Origin: Camelus ferus
Taxonomy: Eukaryota
Assembly (NCBI RefSeq): GCF_009834535.1
Contig: NC_045707.1
Span: 50,470,001 to 50,534,000, forward strand
DNA: 64,000 bases
Direction of reading: 5' to 3'
Shown: positions 1 through 13,100 of the stretch, piece by piece
Position numbering within the stretch: the stretch's first letter is position 1
Layout of the letters: every line of letters begins with the position of its first letter
The notes under the pieces: model-generated
Told to the model about the DNA's origin: nothing
Database searches by the model: none
What the model saw: the letters and a program-made list of their open reading frames with translations, nothing else
Translations under genes and position numbers: made by a program

Positions 1-68
1 TAAAATCTAATTTGTTGCTTATCTGAAATTCAAATTTAACTAGTTTTCTAAATTTTATCTGGCAAGTC
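1..68. mobile_element. MER53-like palindromic MITE, one arm (truncated by window start)
   Basis: tttgttgcttatctgaaattcaaatttaac...ttttatctggcaa matches the remembered MER53 arm. Confidence 0.7.
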
Positions 69-89
69 TATGTGGGTTTGGGAGGGAGT

Positions 90-340
90 AGTTCAGGAAG
101 ACTACTTTTAGGAAGTGATGTCTCAACTTAGAACTAAAGGGCAATTGTGGTGTTTTCCAGGTTCAGAGGTGTAGGCAAGGGAATACAGGGCAAGGGCCAG
201 TCAGACAGACAGAAGAAACAGCACATGTACTGAAGTGGAAAATTTAGAAGGGGGGAAATGGCATTTGCTGATGTTAGAAAAAGAGAAAAAGCCAGAAAGA
301 TCAGAGATCAGCAGGCTAGGTTAAGAATGTTGGTTGTTAA
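90..340 (-). mobile_element. L2 LINE fragment
   Basis: caggaagactacttttaggaagtgatgtctcaacttagaactaaagg resembles the antisense L2 3' region. Confidence 0.5.
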
Positions 341-584
341 GTACACTGGGAAGGATATTAGAAACTGGGCTCTAGTCCTGGGGCTACAAGGTCTCCTGGT
401 GGCCTCTGGCAAGTGAGTTCACCTTTCTGGATCTCCATTTACTCATGGGCCAAGTCAAAATACTGACAAATGAGATAATGAAACACTTATCTTGAAAGGT
501 CCGCCCAGAAAGAAAACTTAAGGTCATTTAATCTAAAGTCCTCAAAGTACAGATAAAACTGGCATTGACCAAAAACAAAAGTGC

Positions 585-807
585 AAAGGACTTTGGAGTC
601 AGACCATTTTAGATGCATAGCCTGGCTAGGTCACTTGTCTGCTCTGTGGCCTAGGGTGAGCAAGCCAACCTCTCTCTGAGCCTCCACATTTCTCATGTGC
701 AGGACGAGATTAACTACATCTTCCTTCCTAAATAGTTGTTGAGATTAATAAGGAAATAAATAGAATGCTCATCACAGAGTCTTGTGCATCGTAGTTACTC
801 ACATAAA
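585..807 (+). mobile_element. MIR SINE
   Basis: ctttggagtcagacc...aacctctctctgagcctccacatttctcat...gttgttgagatta MIR core. Confidence 0.8.
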
Positions 808-3204
808 CCTTTTTTGCCCAAATACGTTGGCTGTCTGATCATCATTTTAAAGAATTCTGGAAACACTGATGGGAGTCTGGAAGGTGAAGGAGAAAAGAAG
901 CAAATGGTTGCCATAGACACACGTTGTGTACATCACAGTTTTTGCCTCTGGCTGTTGCTGCTTTCAGAAACAGTAGATCTGTCAGCTCCGAATGCACAGG
1001 GAAGATATGGATTCAAACTACAGATGCCCTGAGACTCAGGCTATGAAGTGTCAAAAGTTGAAAGGCTCAGTGAGAGAAAGAAAGAAATACTATAAGCCTT
1101 AAAGTTTTCCTCATTCTCCAGGTAACATTTCAAGTGGGGCTTCTAGAGATAATTTGACTCAAATACACTCAAGTAATTAATTAGGCAAACATTAATGAAT
1201 ATCTTTATACAGCTAGTCAGCAGCTTACAATCTACCTAGAGGAAAACAAGCAAATCAATTGAATAGATACATGCTTATTGATGCCCCATGGGGGTGGGCT
1301 TTATTAGTAGGAGTTTTATACTCATTTAGGGAGAAGATGGCTCCAGAGAGACCTTGAAGCATCCCTCAGAACACCGAGAGGAGGCTGTCCCTGATCTCCA
1401 AACATGGCTCTAGCTCCATGTCCTTCCTTCTGCCCAAGGCATACTGCTAGTTAGGGCTGTAGAGCTGGGTTGTAACCTAATTTTCTCAGTTCTCTCAGAC
1501 ACACTGAGAACAAATGGGAAGCACTTGCTGCGGTAGGTTAGTATTTGATGAATGTTGGTTGAATTAAATTGTTTACCTAATGGCTCAGTGCCAAGTAGAT
1601 GGCAAAATATTTAGTGGAATCTTTCATACGATGAAAAAGCAATAGAAGTACTTGCTCACTGAGCTGTTAGTTTTTTCAGCAAAGATGGATGTACGTGAAT
1701 CCATCCATACCCGAGTCTAGTCCATGCTTTTGCAAAGTAACTGGCCATATTAGGAGAGAAGCTGGTGGCGAACAGACACGCTAATCCTCTAACAAAGGTG
1801 ATGCCTGGGACTCTAACTCCAGAATGTAGGCTGAAAAATAGAACCCAGAATGAGAAGATGACAAGCATTTACAATCTGGGGTCCTATGGAATGTTTAGTT
1901 TAAATTGACCATGGTTTAATGCCTCTAGACACTTTGGTTTTTTGTGTTCCTCTTTTGGAAGCAAGAAGTAAACTTAAGAAAACCATCTGGCATAAAGGAT
2001 TAAGTTTAAGAAGGTCAACCTCCCATACCTTCTACAGTTATGGTTTTGGGCAAAGGAAATTGTTGTTCCAGAGGATGTCCCTGAGGCACCAATCTTCAGA
2101 ACCAAAGAACGGTTCAATTGTGTTCAGAAAGGCTGCTTTTCCTCACAGGAAAGGGAGTAGCAGGTTTTAGAATTATCGCCAACTACAAGGCTGAGAGAAA
2201 ACTATCAGAGACTCTGAGTTAGAATATTCAAGGGACCTCCAGCCCTCCAGTGGTCACAGATATGGGGAGCAAGGTCCTCGAGGACAATTGAGGAAACTCT
2301 GCCTTCTTGGAGGTCTGGTCTGGGGGAAGAAAGAGCAGGTGGTGATAAAAGTATATAAAATTCAAAAGCTCAAATAATGTGAAGGTGTCACTGACACACT
2401 TTTTTCCTGTTTAATCACTCTGTGTTATTACTCTTTGCAGGGCTCTCTCTCTATTTTATTTTATTTTATTATTTTTTAACTTTTTTTTCTCTCTTTATTT
2501 TAAATCTATGTTGGTAATTTCTGTGTAAATGTGTGAGACCTACAGAGATGCTTATCAGCAATCCTATTCTCTGGCCAGTATAAAAATGTGGAAAGTACTC
2601 AGATCTGCTTTCTCTGGATTATACAAGCTTTCCTAACCACAAAAGTCATTTACTTAGTAAAATGTCTATGGTCCACAATTAGAATCATTATCAGTATCAC
2701 CACAGAGATGACTTTTTTTTAATACAACAGATGTTACATTTTAAAAAGCCAACTTCCTTTTTGAAATTGAGTTTACTGGAAAATGGATTCACAGTGGATA
2801 CAACTGTCAGTAGTGCAAACCCGGGAAATTAAGAAATTTGGAAGTTAGAGTTGGAATAGAAATACATATAATATTCTATTCTAACTATTAAGGGAAAGTA
2901 TGTTTATTCTTTATTTCCTCAGTGTACTAAAATTTTTAATTGTTTTGGAAAAGTTAAAGTTTAGACCATAGATATTTTAAGCACTGTTCATATATGCTTG
3001 TGACCCCCAAACAGATGAGGTTTGAAGGCAGTGACTTTTTCTAATTCACTCGACATCACTAGTGTCTAACACAGTACCTGATATAGAATAATCAGCATAG
3101 AATAACTCTTAAGTAAATGGCTTTCAATAGCTGGAGTTGGTACTACAGACTTGATGTTTTTCTTTTTGCAGTATGGTCTTTAACCCCCGGAGATGGTCCC
3201 TGGC

Positions 3205-3430
3205 AAGGACACAGATCAATGGGAACTGATATTCTAACAGTGGACATATAAACTGGTTCAACTCTTGTGGAGAGCAACTTCACAGTGCGTATCATATAAT
3301 ATAATATGACCTAGCAAATCCTTTCCTGGGTACGTTGCAAGGATACTCTTTTGCATATTGCATAAGGATATAGGGATAAAGATTTGCACTGCAGCGTTGT
3401 TTTTAATAGTAGGAAAACTGGGAAGCCATA
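3205..3430 (+). mobile_element. Old L1 (L1ME/MC-like) ORF2-end/3' fragment
   Basis: aaactggttcaactcttgtggagagcaa...atgacctagcaaatcctttcctggg...gcagcgttgtttttaatag. Confidence 0.6.
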
Positions 3431-4534
3431 CCTTGTTTATTGTTAAGTTAAAACATTTATACTTTTATAATGATGTTTTGCTCCAACAGGGGACACTAAT
3501 TAGCACAGCTTCTTGTGTTCTTTCCACAGGAAGAGGAGCAAATTATTGGGGAGCTTGACATAAGGAAATGAACTTGCATCATTTGGCTCCTTCCTCTCCT
3601 TTCTTGGGAGAGTGCTTCCCCGCAAGTACTTCCCACATTGTGCTCTGCTTTGTTCTACAAGTTTTATAGGCCTGCCCTGTCTGTGTGGGGAGGATGGCCC
3701 CGGGTGACCACTGCCTATGTCTTAGGTTCTGGGGTTCAGAATTAGGAAGCCCATTCGCCCACAGATATACACCACATTCAGTTCGGTTTTACCAGTAAAA
3801 AGATGCTATTTTGATTCCCATCTGTCGTCTTTCTTTATCTCATTTTTGAATGGGGTAGTACGACATACGCTACTTATTGAGTCCCTTGAATTTCAACATT
3901 AGGAAACAAGGAGGAAATATAATTTAGGATCAAATGACATATGAATAGAGAACCTCTTAAATGAGCAGGGTGGATGGATCTCTGCTTTGGGCATCCTATG
4001 CTAGGCTGTGGCCTTGGGAGATTCTTAGCTTGGTGACTTTCTTCAGCCCACAGGGGCTTTGTATGCACATGTGTGATTGCTTTCAGAAAAGCAAGACTAG
4101 ACACGAATGTCATCTAGCCCTGCCCTCTGTTTAGCAAAAGCAACTGCTCTGCAGTTTGTAAGTTTCAGCAAAGGCACAGGCCAAAGTGACATCAGAATTA
4201 AGTGGTGGGGACGTGAAAATGCAGATCGTCAGTTCAACTTGAACCTATACCTGGATCAGGTATCAGAGGTCAGGATGGGGCAGGAGTAAATCTGTGCCAT
4301 TCTTGAACAAAACAGCATTTGCAAACTTTAAGCTGCCAGGAAGAACTGAATTCCACTTGAGTACAGAACACTAGCAGAGGTTCTAGCTTTAAACTTTCAG
4401 AACTTGGCCTAGCTAGGAAGTCCCCAATTGGTGTTTCAAATTCCATTTTGCTTCCAAGACTATAGAGAACTTCAGAGGAACTAGCCTTGGATATCTTGGA
4501 TTTATGTGGCTCGCTCACAGGCAAAGGGGTCACC

Positions 4535-4735
4535 CAGTTGGTGTCCTAATGCTAGTTTGTGTTAACTTATGAGAGCTGACTATTAAATTTTCATAATTTT
4601 GTGAGGTGGCTGATGTCACATGGGTAGCTGGAAACTGGTCAAGATGGGAGCCTTTGTGTTTTTGAAATCAGTAAACCCTAAGCCTCAGGGTTCTTTTCCA
4701 TTCCTACTCCCAGCCAATTGTTAAACTTTTTCCAT
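4535..4735 (+). mobile_element. MER63A-like hAT-Blackjack MITE
   Basis: gagagctgactattaaattttcataattttgtgag...gatgtcacatgggtagctggaaactgg...agccaattgttaaac. Confidence 0.65.
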
Positions 4736-5227
4736 TATGTGCTTTCTTATGCACTTCAGACTTGAAAATTGCATGAGTGTAGACCTGAATTGAGATCCAA
4801 TCTGTAGTAGATTTTATTATTTTCAAACAACAACAACAACAACAAAGAAGGACCAGGGCACCAAGTATAAAGAGACACACCATTTTGGGGAGATTGAAGT
4901 AGAGAACTCAATGAAATTATTGCAGAACCAATAATTAAAAAGACAACAAAAGAATCCCATGCCTGGAATAACCTATCTCTCATAGTCTGGTCTGTGTAGG
5001 AATTCAAAGATGAACTGAAGAGGTTTGAAACACACAGCATAGTAAAGAATAAAAACACAATAATAAATACAGACAGGCTGATTCAACTAGAAGAGGAAGA
5101 ATTTCTTGAGGAAAACAATGGAGACCTTAGAGAATAGGTAAGTCTTTTATAAAAGGGTAATTAAAAATTTAAGGATGGAGCATATAAAAATATTAAAAGA
5201 CAAATGGAGATGCATCTCAAACTATTT

Positions 5228-5682
5228 TTCTTGACTTCATAAGGAAAGAAAAAAAATTGTATGCTGAGGTTACTAAAATCTATGGTAAGAATGAATCTTC
5301 TATTCATAAAATTGTGAGGAAGGACAAAGAAATCTGTGCCAGTGTTGCTGCTGCACCTCAAACTGCGCAAGTTATGGCCACAGTACATGGTAAGTGCTTA
5401 GTTAGGATGGAGAATGCATTACATATGTACAAGAAGATATTTTGAGAGACAGAGACCATATCCACATAACTTTTATTATAGTATATTGTTACGATTATCC
5501 TAACTAATTTACTATTAGTTATTGCTAATCTCTTACTGTGCCTAATTTATAAATTAAACTTTATCATAGGCATGTATGTATAGAAAAAAAAAGCACAGTA
5601 TACATAAAGTTTGGTACTATGCCCAGTTTCAGACATCTACTGGGGGTCTTAGAACATCCCTTTCAGATATGGGGCGACTACT
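5228..5682 (+). mobile_element. MER44 (Tigger7-derived) element with transposase N-terminal remnant
   Basis: ORF 5257-5445 YAEVTKIYGKNESSIHKIVRKDKEI is a Tigger HTH-like remnant; 3' end gggggtcttagaac...ggggcgactact matches the MER44 terminus. Confidence 0.85.
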
Positions 5683-5685
5683 AAA

Positions 5686-5910
5686 AAAATGTATTGAATA
5701 CAGGAAATTTGCCAAGAGGGTAGATTTCAGGTACTTTCATTCATACAAAAAAAGTAACTATATGATAAGATATGTAATTAGCTTGACTGTAGTAATCATT
5801 TCATTTCACTATGCATGTGTGTATCAAATCATCATATTGTACACCTTATGTATGTATAATTTTTATTTTATAAATAATAAACAAACAAACAAACAAACAA
5901 ACAAATAAAA
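5686..5910 (+). mobile_element. L1MA-type 3' end with (AAAC)n tail
   Basis: gaaatttgccaagagggtagattt...gtaattagcttgactgtagtaatcattt...atcatattgtacacctta followed by AAAC repeats. Confidence 0.8.
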
Positions 5911-8727
5911 TAACTTGCTGAGGGCAGATTCCCTAGATGAATAAATTTCAAGAGTTGGGGAAAATCTTCCTTAGGAGGTAAATATCACAAGCTTGAGCAA
6001 TTCTATTGCAAGTGGCAATGGAAAAAAGCCATGAGGGCACTGGAATGAGCATATCTTTCACAGGGCAGAGTCCTACCTGAACACAGCACTAAAACACCAA
6101 AAACATGGGGCACATGCTGGGATATCTTTCCCATTTGAATTTAACTTCACAATTCATTGACACTGAACAACTAGAATAGATTTACTGGTATTCTGGTGAG
6201 GTTGAAACCAAGTTTTTCTCTGTACTTTCCTTACCTGGGACACCATTGAGATTTTTGCTGTGACCTTTGACATCACTAACTAAGAAGTTTTGGGAACTTA
6301 ATTTTGTCTGGGACAACTACTTTAGTAGTTGCTTTTTAAATTTTCTGCATCTTATAGGTGTGGTACTGGTGCTGAGGTAATATTTTGTATCCTATTAATC
6401 CTTTGGAACATTTAATAAGTAAGGTGCATTGTTGAAATTATCTAAGTTTTGAGATCTTGAAAGCATTAGCTCTTGTGAGTTCAGCCCAAGAAGACACTTC
6501 TAAAACCCCTCTAGCTGAGACTGAGCAGAATGAGAAATTGGAGAGGATAAATTTTTGACTATATTTTCTCATTTGTTTCAACTTCAAATCACAGTGAATA
6601 AACAATTTGATTTATTACTTTGATGTCATTGACCTTGAACATTTTAGAAAACTCAACCCCTTGAATTGGAACTTCTCATGAACCATATTTGACAATTATG
6701 CTGAACAAAATTTGCAATGAGAAATGGCATGAAGGGTAAATTTTAGCCTTGGAATGACGTGGTCTTAGAGTTAAGGTAACTAATTTTCTACTCTGACATA
6801 GGCAGAGCCTTCTGAGAGGACATTTTACACTTGATTTTGAGGCTGCTTTCTTCACTGGCAGTGATTCCACGAAGAATGCATAGGACTAATGGTTGGTATA
6901 AGGAGAGAGGCTTTGAAACGGTAGGAACAGGACCACCCTAATATGATGAAGGGTTTTCTTCCCTGTTTGATTATATTTAATGGTTAGACCTAATAGGTTA
7001 AGAGAAAAACTGGAAATTGTTAGGGAGAACATTTTTCCCCCCACTACAGATGCTTCATTTCCACCCATCCTCACTCACTGTCCCCCCATGAGGAGTGAAA
7101 TATCTAACTGGTGATTTGGGTATAGGACTGCATGTGCACAGTTTGGGAGGTGGCATTGCTCCCAGTTAGTCTCAGTCATGCCCTCATCTTAGTGGTGAAG
7201 GTCTTCTCCTGTGGGTGAAGTGTCTGTTGGTCTAGCACTGACTGTAGGTGGTTGACTGTGGATGAGTAAGTCAGTCTGATTCTGAGGTTCAATGTTATGA
7301 AACCGAACTCTCTGCAGATATAAGCTATACTTCCTGGTATCAGATCTGTATATTATAATGGTGACATTTTGGTTCTTCATCTGACAATTCTATTCTTATT
7401 TCAGAGGGGAAATAATCCACACTCCTGATATTTTCTTCCATGTGGAATGATGTACACTTTTGTCATATTCCTGACCTTTCTATATCCCCACTTACCACTT
7501 GGAGAAGTGAAAAAACTTATATTATTAGTTGTTTTGGGGGAAAAAAACTGGGCATGCCTTCATCTTTTCTTCCATTTTGGACTAAGTCTGCCAGTTGTTC
7601 TTGGCCATATCATGAACCCAGTAGTAAAGGCCCTGCACCTACAGGAAAAGCCTGCAGCTGTCCACCCTCAACTTATATTATGTGCTTCTGTATTATTTGA
7701 GAATATTCAACTCAGCTGTAGAGAACAAGAAAAACAGATGGGATGCTGAGACTCATAGGATGTGCTGAAGTATACACAAGTTAGCAATCTATAAGATAGG
7801 ATAGACATGGATAAAGTAAATAGAGCATATAAGTGTTAGAAACAGATAGAAAGGAAGAAGCACCAAGAGGATACAAATAATCATGATTCATTAAACATAC
7901 ACAAGGCGGTGAAGCATCTAATATTGATGATACAGATGACTATGACAAACATTTCAGAAAACTCAACCTTTAGAGTAGCACTCACTACTCATGAAGATTT
8001 AAATTAACCACCCATTGGTAATACCCATTCTGGCACCACAAGTTCCCTGCCCAGCAAATGCAGATAAAATTCATGCTTGCTCATTAGTGTAACTGCCCCT
8101 GGGTCTCTTCAATGAAGCAAGACTTGTGTTAGCTCAGCCATCTTCTGTCTGTAGACCCCTTGCCTCAAAACTCAACTCTGGTCCTCACAATCACATCATC
8201 AGCAGAGAAGGCTTATGTAATAGAGAGAGAGAAGATTCAGGTTCTGTGGTTCCTCCATCCTGTTTGTATTCTGTCTTAGCTGTATTAACCTACCTCTCTT
8301 TGCTCTTGCTTCTCACTGTGTGCTTTATATTGATTTAATAAACCATGTGATTTGAGTGTCTTAATTTGGTCTGAGAACCTTCTGCTTCCACAGCCTCTGG
8401 GATAAATTTCCTGGTGCTCTGTGTAAAGGCCATGATTGTATTAAGGAGATCCCACATGATAAAGCTGATTCTCAATTAGTTCACCACTGTTAAGGAAGAT
8501 GGGTGTTATTTACTAGATTTTTAATACCTCAATATCCACTAGTAAATGGATGGATAAAATATGATTTACATCTATAATGGGATCTTCGCAGTTATTAAAA
8601 TAACTAAAATGTATTTATATATAATAATAAGGATAAATCTGAAAAATGCAACTTTGAATGTAAAAAATTAGTTACAAAGGGATACACACAATGAGACCAA
8701 TTTATATAAATGTTAAAAACACACGGA

Positions 8728-8798
8728 TGTGCTGTACACCAGAAATCGACACATTGTAACTGACTGTACTTCAATTTGAAAAAAAGCAAAGCAAAACC
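8728..8798 (+). mobile_element. Severely 5'-truncated younger L1 3' terminus
   Basis: gctgtacaccagaaatcgacacattgtaactgactgtacttcaat + A-rich tail; flanking aaaaacaca repeats at 8715-8723 and 8799-8807. Confidence 0.7.
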
Positions 8799-8814
8799 AA
8801 AAACACATGAGTGA

Positions 8815-9295
8815 CAAATTGTTACTCAGGATCCAAAAAGAAGGATCCCTACTTTCTTCTAGTAGAAGAACAACGACTCAGCTAAGATTCAGCAGAGTAT
8901 ACGAGTACATGGGTATGTTGGTAGACATTTTCTAGCCTCCCTTGAAGCTAGGTGAAGTCATGAGCCAAATTCTGCCCAATGTGATATAAGGAGAATTATG
9001 GGTGTAATTTCATGGTTACATCCTTAAATGTATAAAGGTGCTGCATACCCACCACTACCTCTCCTTTCCCCTTCTGATGGCTGGTATACAGAAATACCAG
9101 CTTCAAATATTATGACCAACCAAAGTATTAGGACACCCAAGGTGACGATGCAACACTGTGAGTAGGAACCTAGGTCATCTCAGATGATCTTGTGAGTAAA
9201 GTCATCTGGCCTGGATTGCTAGTTTATCACTGGACTCGACTTGACCCATGGTATTTTTGAGTCACTGTGTTACGTAGCTTTATATGTCCCTAATT
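8815..9295 (+). mobile_element. MLT1 (ERVL-MaLR, MLT1H/J-like) solo LTR
   Basis: acattttctagcctcccttgaagctaggtgaagtcatgagccaaattctgcccaatgtgatataag is an MLT1 hallmark. Confidence 0.65.
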
Positions 9296-9689
9296 ATTGT
9301 GATGATACATTTATTTTTAAATATTTATGCAATAAAACATAAAATACAAGCAAGATGATACACATCAACTTTAGGGTAATGGCTAACTCTGGGGAAGAAG
9401 AGACAAGAATGGATGGAGTGATACTAAGGAAGTGATCTATAATTAGAGTAAAATGAATCCACAACATCATAGGGATCCAAACTCATTATTTCCACTTTGC
9501 TCATTCACAATGTATCACTTCTTTCCTTAAGGTCTCAAAATGTTTGCTGGAATCCAGCTATTACATATTTATTCCAAGTAGAAAGCAATAGAAAGGGACA
9601 AGAGAAAAAAGAGGGTCATACCAAATTAAGCTCACTTAATGTAAGTCTTACCCCCAAAACTTCTAATTACCTTTTCCTATAGTCATGCA

Positions 9690-10505
9690 CCATGCTGTAG
9701 CCAAAGTAATCCTGTATGTTATGCATCAATAATTTCCCAGCCCTTGAGATTCAGTTCAAACCTTAAATCTGCATGTGAATTCCTTCATAATCTGGCTGTT
9801 ACCCTCACCAACTCTATCTCCTATCCCTTTCTGCTTGCATGTGATTCTCCAGACAAATCAAATGCTTTTAGTTTCTAAAAATTGTTCTGCTCTCTCTTCT
9901 TCCTCTGCCTTGGCAAATATACCTCCTTCTGCTTGGAACATTCTTCTTTCACTTAGTTAAGCCTTATTTTCCCTTTGAGACTACCAACTGCATGTTCCTT
10001 AGACTTTATAAAATATTCCTCACCTTAGGTCTAGACCAGCTATACTATGAATAATCTTTGAAGACCCTCTATGTATATATCTATAATACATAACACTTAT
10101 CACATGTATTAAAATTGTTTAGTTAATTCTCTTTCTCTCCTACTTTACTTAACTCCTTCAAGGTAGAGATGTTCTTATATCTTTAGTGCTTAGTATGTAT
10201 GAGTTGCTTACTAAATAGGGCAACCATATAATTTGCCTCCCAAACTAGAATGCTATTAACCATCCCATTGGAACAACAGATGTAAGGTGGGCAAACTGGA
10301 ACATATGATCTTCCCATATGTATGTTAATACATACATACCATTGGATTTATATGTATACATTATCAGAATATATACATCGTTGCATTGGAATTTTTAAAA
10401 AATCTGGCTTTCTTACTAGACTTTGAGTTAGTTAATGACATCAGCACCCAGTATAGTTCATGGCACACTGTAAGTGCTTCATGATGTTGAATAAATGAAT
10501 AAGAA
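9690..10505 (+). mobile_element. L2 3' fragments
   Basis: cctccttctgcttggaacattcttc; ctagactttgag...cagcacccagtatagttcatggcacactgtaagtgcttc...ttgaataaatgaat. Confidence 0.6.
10217..10316. mobile_element. MER81-like hAT-Blackjack MITE
   Basis: tagggcaaccatataattt...gggcaaactggaacatatgatcttccca with degenerate TIRs. Confidence 0.55.
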
Positions 10506-12919
10506 CATGCTCTCACCTACCACATTGGAAACAGCATTCACCCTTTATGGACTGGAGAGAATTGGTAGCTATTGATGATTCAAAACAAATTTTTTTAAAG
10601 AGCACTTTCAGTATAGTGTACAAAAAAATGCTTTCATAAAAGAGGAATCATGGTATTCTGTACCGTTAACCTTTATTCATGTGATAGTCTTTTCCAAGAA
10701 GTTTCTTTTTTCTCTTGTCTATTTAAGCCTTTGTGATCTCCCATAATCTTCAAAGACCCTCATGAACACTACATTCCCCAGAACACGTGTGTTTGTTCAT
10801 CACACACTGTGGGGAGCAGTGCTGAGAGAGAGTATATGCACAAGAAAACATGTGAAATGTAGAGCATCTTGAGTTTGAGTAGGGGATCAGAAAGGGCAGA
10901 ATTACTTCATCCCCACACACTTCTTGGCTATAAATCCAGTACAGTCAGTTCACTTTCAAAAGAATATTTTTTAGTTTTCCTTCCTTTTTTCTTTCTGTTT
11001 TGTTGTTTTATTAGCCACCTCTAAGAAGATTTTTTCCCTCTTGTGTGGGAGTGATCTGCCCACAGGAAAATTTTGTGTTAAAATTAAGAAATACTTTGAT
11101 TAAGTGACGAAAAGCAAATGCTGAGATGATTTTCAAAGATCTTTGTTCAAGCTTCAAATTGAAATGATTACTTCCAGACATATTCATTACCTAATTACTG
11201 TTCCAAGTTTCCAAAGCACAATTAAATTTAGTTAAAAATTATGAACTTGTTGATACACAGTTATTCCTAGACACACAGTTGGGCAAGAATGTCAACATTT
11301 AGTCACAGTCTGAGGAATGCAGGGCTCTGGTGAATGGGTTCCTGAGATGTTTAGGTATGTGGACAGAGGGATGTGGAACTTAGTCCTGGTACTACCTTTC
11401 AAGTTTCCATCTAGTTGTTCAACAATAAATCCATTGAAAAAGTCTCAGTGCCCACGTATGTACCAAAATAAATAGATAACACCTACTCCTTTTCAGAGGA
11501 TTCCAAACTAGTCAGAAATTAAGACAAATCTCTACCAAAATTCTTCAGGAAGATGAAGTAACATTCCAAGTTACTGAGCAGACCAGCTATGGCTTGCCTT
11601 TACACAAAGAACCAAATTCTCTGAATGACATGAAAGGAATCTGAGCTAATTATTTTACACTACATATTCCCAGCCAAAGAAAACTTGACCTAAGAAAGGC
11701 TACATATTGGAAAAAGACCAGGATCTGGCACTAAATAGTCAGGAAATCTTGCGTAATTAATTCGCTTCTCCTTTTCATGGCCTCATGTTTCCTCAGTGAT
11801 AAACCTAAACTAAATAATCTGTAAATTTAATTTTAAATACTGATTCTATGAATTCAGGGCCTGAAGAAATTGTGATGAGTACGTCTTCTCACCACTAGTC
11901 GTCCTTCTTGTGCAGAATATGAGGATGTTGGATTGAGGTGCTTTTAGTTTAGCTGGTGATTTATCAGAAATGTAAGATGTGCCTTCAAAATGCTTGGTTT
12001 TTGTTTTCCTATTACCATTATGTTTCTTCTGGGAGTTCTTTGTAGATAGGTCTGGAGCTCTGTGTTATAAAGATAGTGATATTTGGACTAAGCTAGTGAT
12101 GGGGCTTCAGTGTATTTAGCTATTAACTGTTTTCTCACAGGAGAGAATTTTCATTAGTCTCCATCTGAATGGCTACGTGAACCTGGAGAGGGACTTGACA
12201 TATGAGAGTCTATGGCTTCTAAAGAGAGGAGTTTGAAAAACGCTGCCTTTGCTTGGGAATGCATGTGTCCCCCTTCTGGGCATAAGTACAAGAGGAAACC
12301 TCAAGAAGAAAGAACTAGAATTTACTTGTATGTGTAGCTGCCTGTAGGGGCAGGGGATCATTATTTGCATTTATGTGGCTGCAAATCTGAACACCCCAAA
12401 ATGGCTTCTGGAATAAATGAATGACATGTCTAATAAGAGCCTGTATCTAGGTGTCTGTTTTCAGATAATAAGAATTCCTCAGCTCCCAGCAGCAAAAATA
12501 ATTTGGTCTTTCTGAAGTAGTTTCACACAAACAGCAATTCAGATTTATGCAAAAACACAGTGAAATGTATCACATGTGTCCCAGGATTAAAAGGAAAGTG
12601 TTGGATGACAGTATGTTCTTCTCTGGAGTTTATGGTCAAAATATTGAAAGTTTGTGGTGACTAATTATTATCACTAATGTTTGGACCATCCAAGTCATAA
12701 TAGAGTCAAATTAACAGATAGCCCTCTTGATGTCACATTAGCTTCTATATTGAGGTATGAAGAAGGGGAGTTATAGTTATAATTGTATTAGCACAGGTAT
12801 AATGGCATAACTATTTATACATACTATATTATATGTAATATACATAGTTATAGATATACTATATTATGTATATAATACATTACATTACTATCATGTAGTA
12901 ATTGTTGTAATAATATCTT

Positions 12920-13100
12920 GTATTTACTGGGATTACTCTGTGCCAGGCACCATGCTAAGCGTTTATGTAAGTTTATTTATTTAATATTCACATGAACCTA
13001 TTCAATTATTGTTCCCTTTTTACCTGTGAGGAAACCAAGGATGAGAGAAGAGGCCAAGACTCAAAGCAAGTACGCAGTACACCCAGTGCTTGTATCCATC
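12920..13100 (-). mobile_element. MIR SINE
   Basis: tactctgtgccaggcaccatgctaagcg...ccctttttacctgtgaggaaaccaagg. Confidence 0.75.

Larger units (their letters stand above)
8525..9430 (+). mobile_element. L1ME-like 3' fragment interrupted by a tiny L1 tail and an MLT1 LTR
   Basis: cctcaatatccactagtaaatggatggataaaat...; resumes near 9300 with aactttagggtaatggctaactctggggaag. Confidence 0.55.

Noticed and set aside
1..68. miR-1302-type microRNA hairpin from MER53
   Set aside because: Only one arm is inside the window, so a hairpin cannot be evaluated.
5257..5445. Domesticated transposase (TIGD-like) gene
   Set aside because: Only a 62-aa N-terminal remnant inside a non-autonomous MER44, with no DDE domain.
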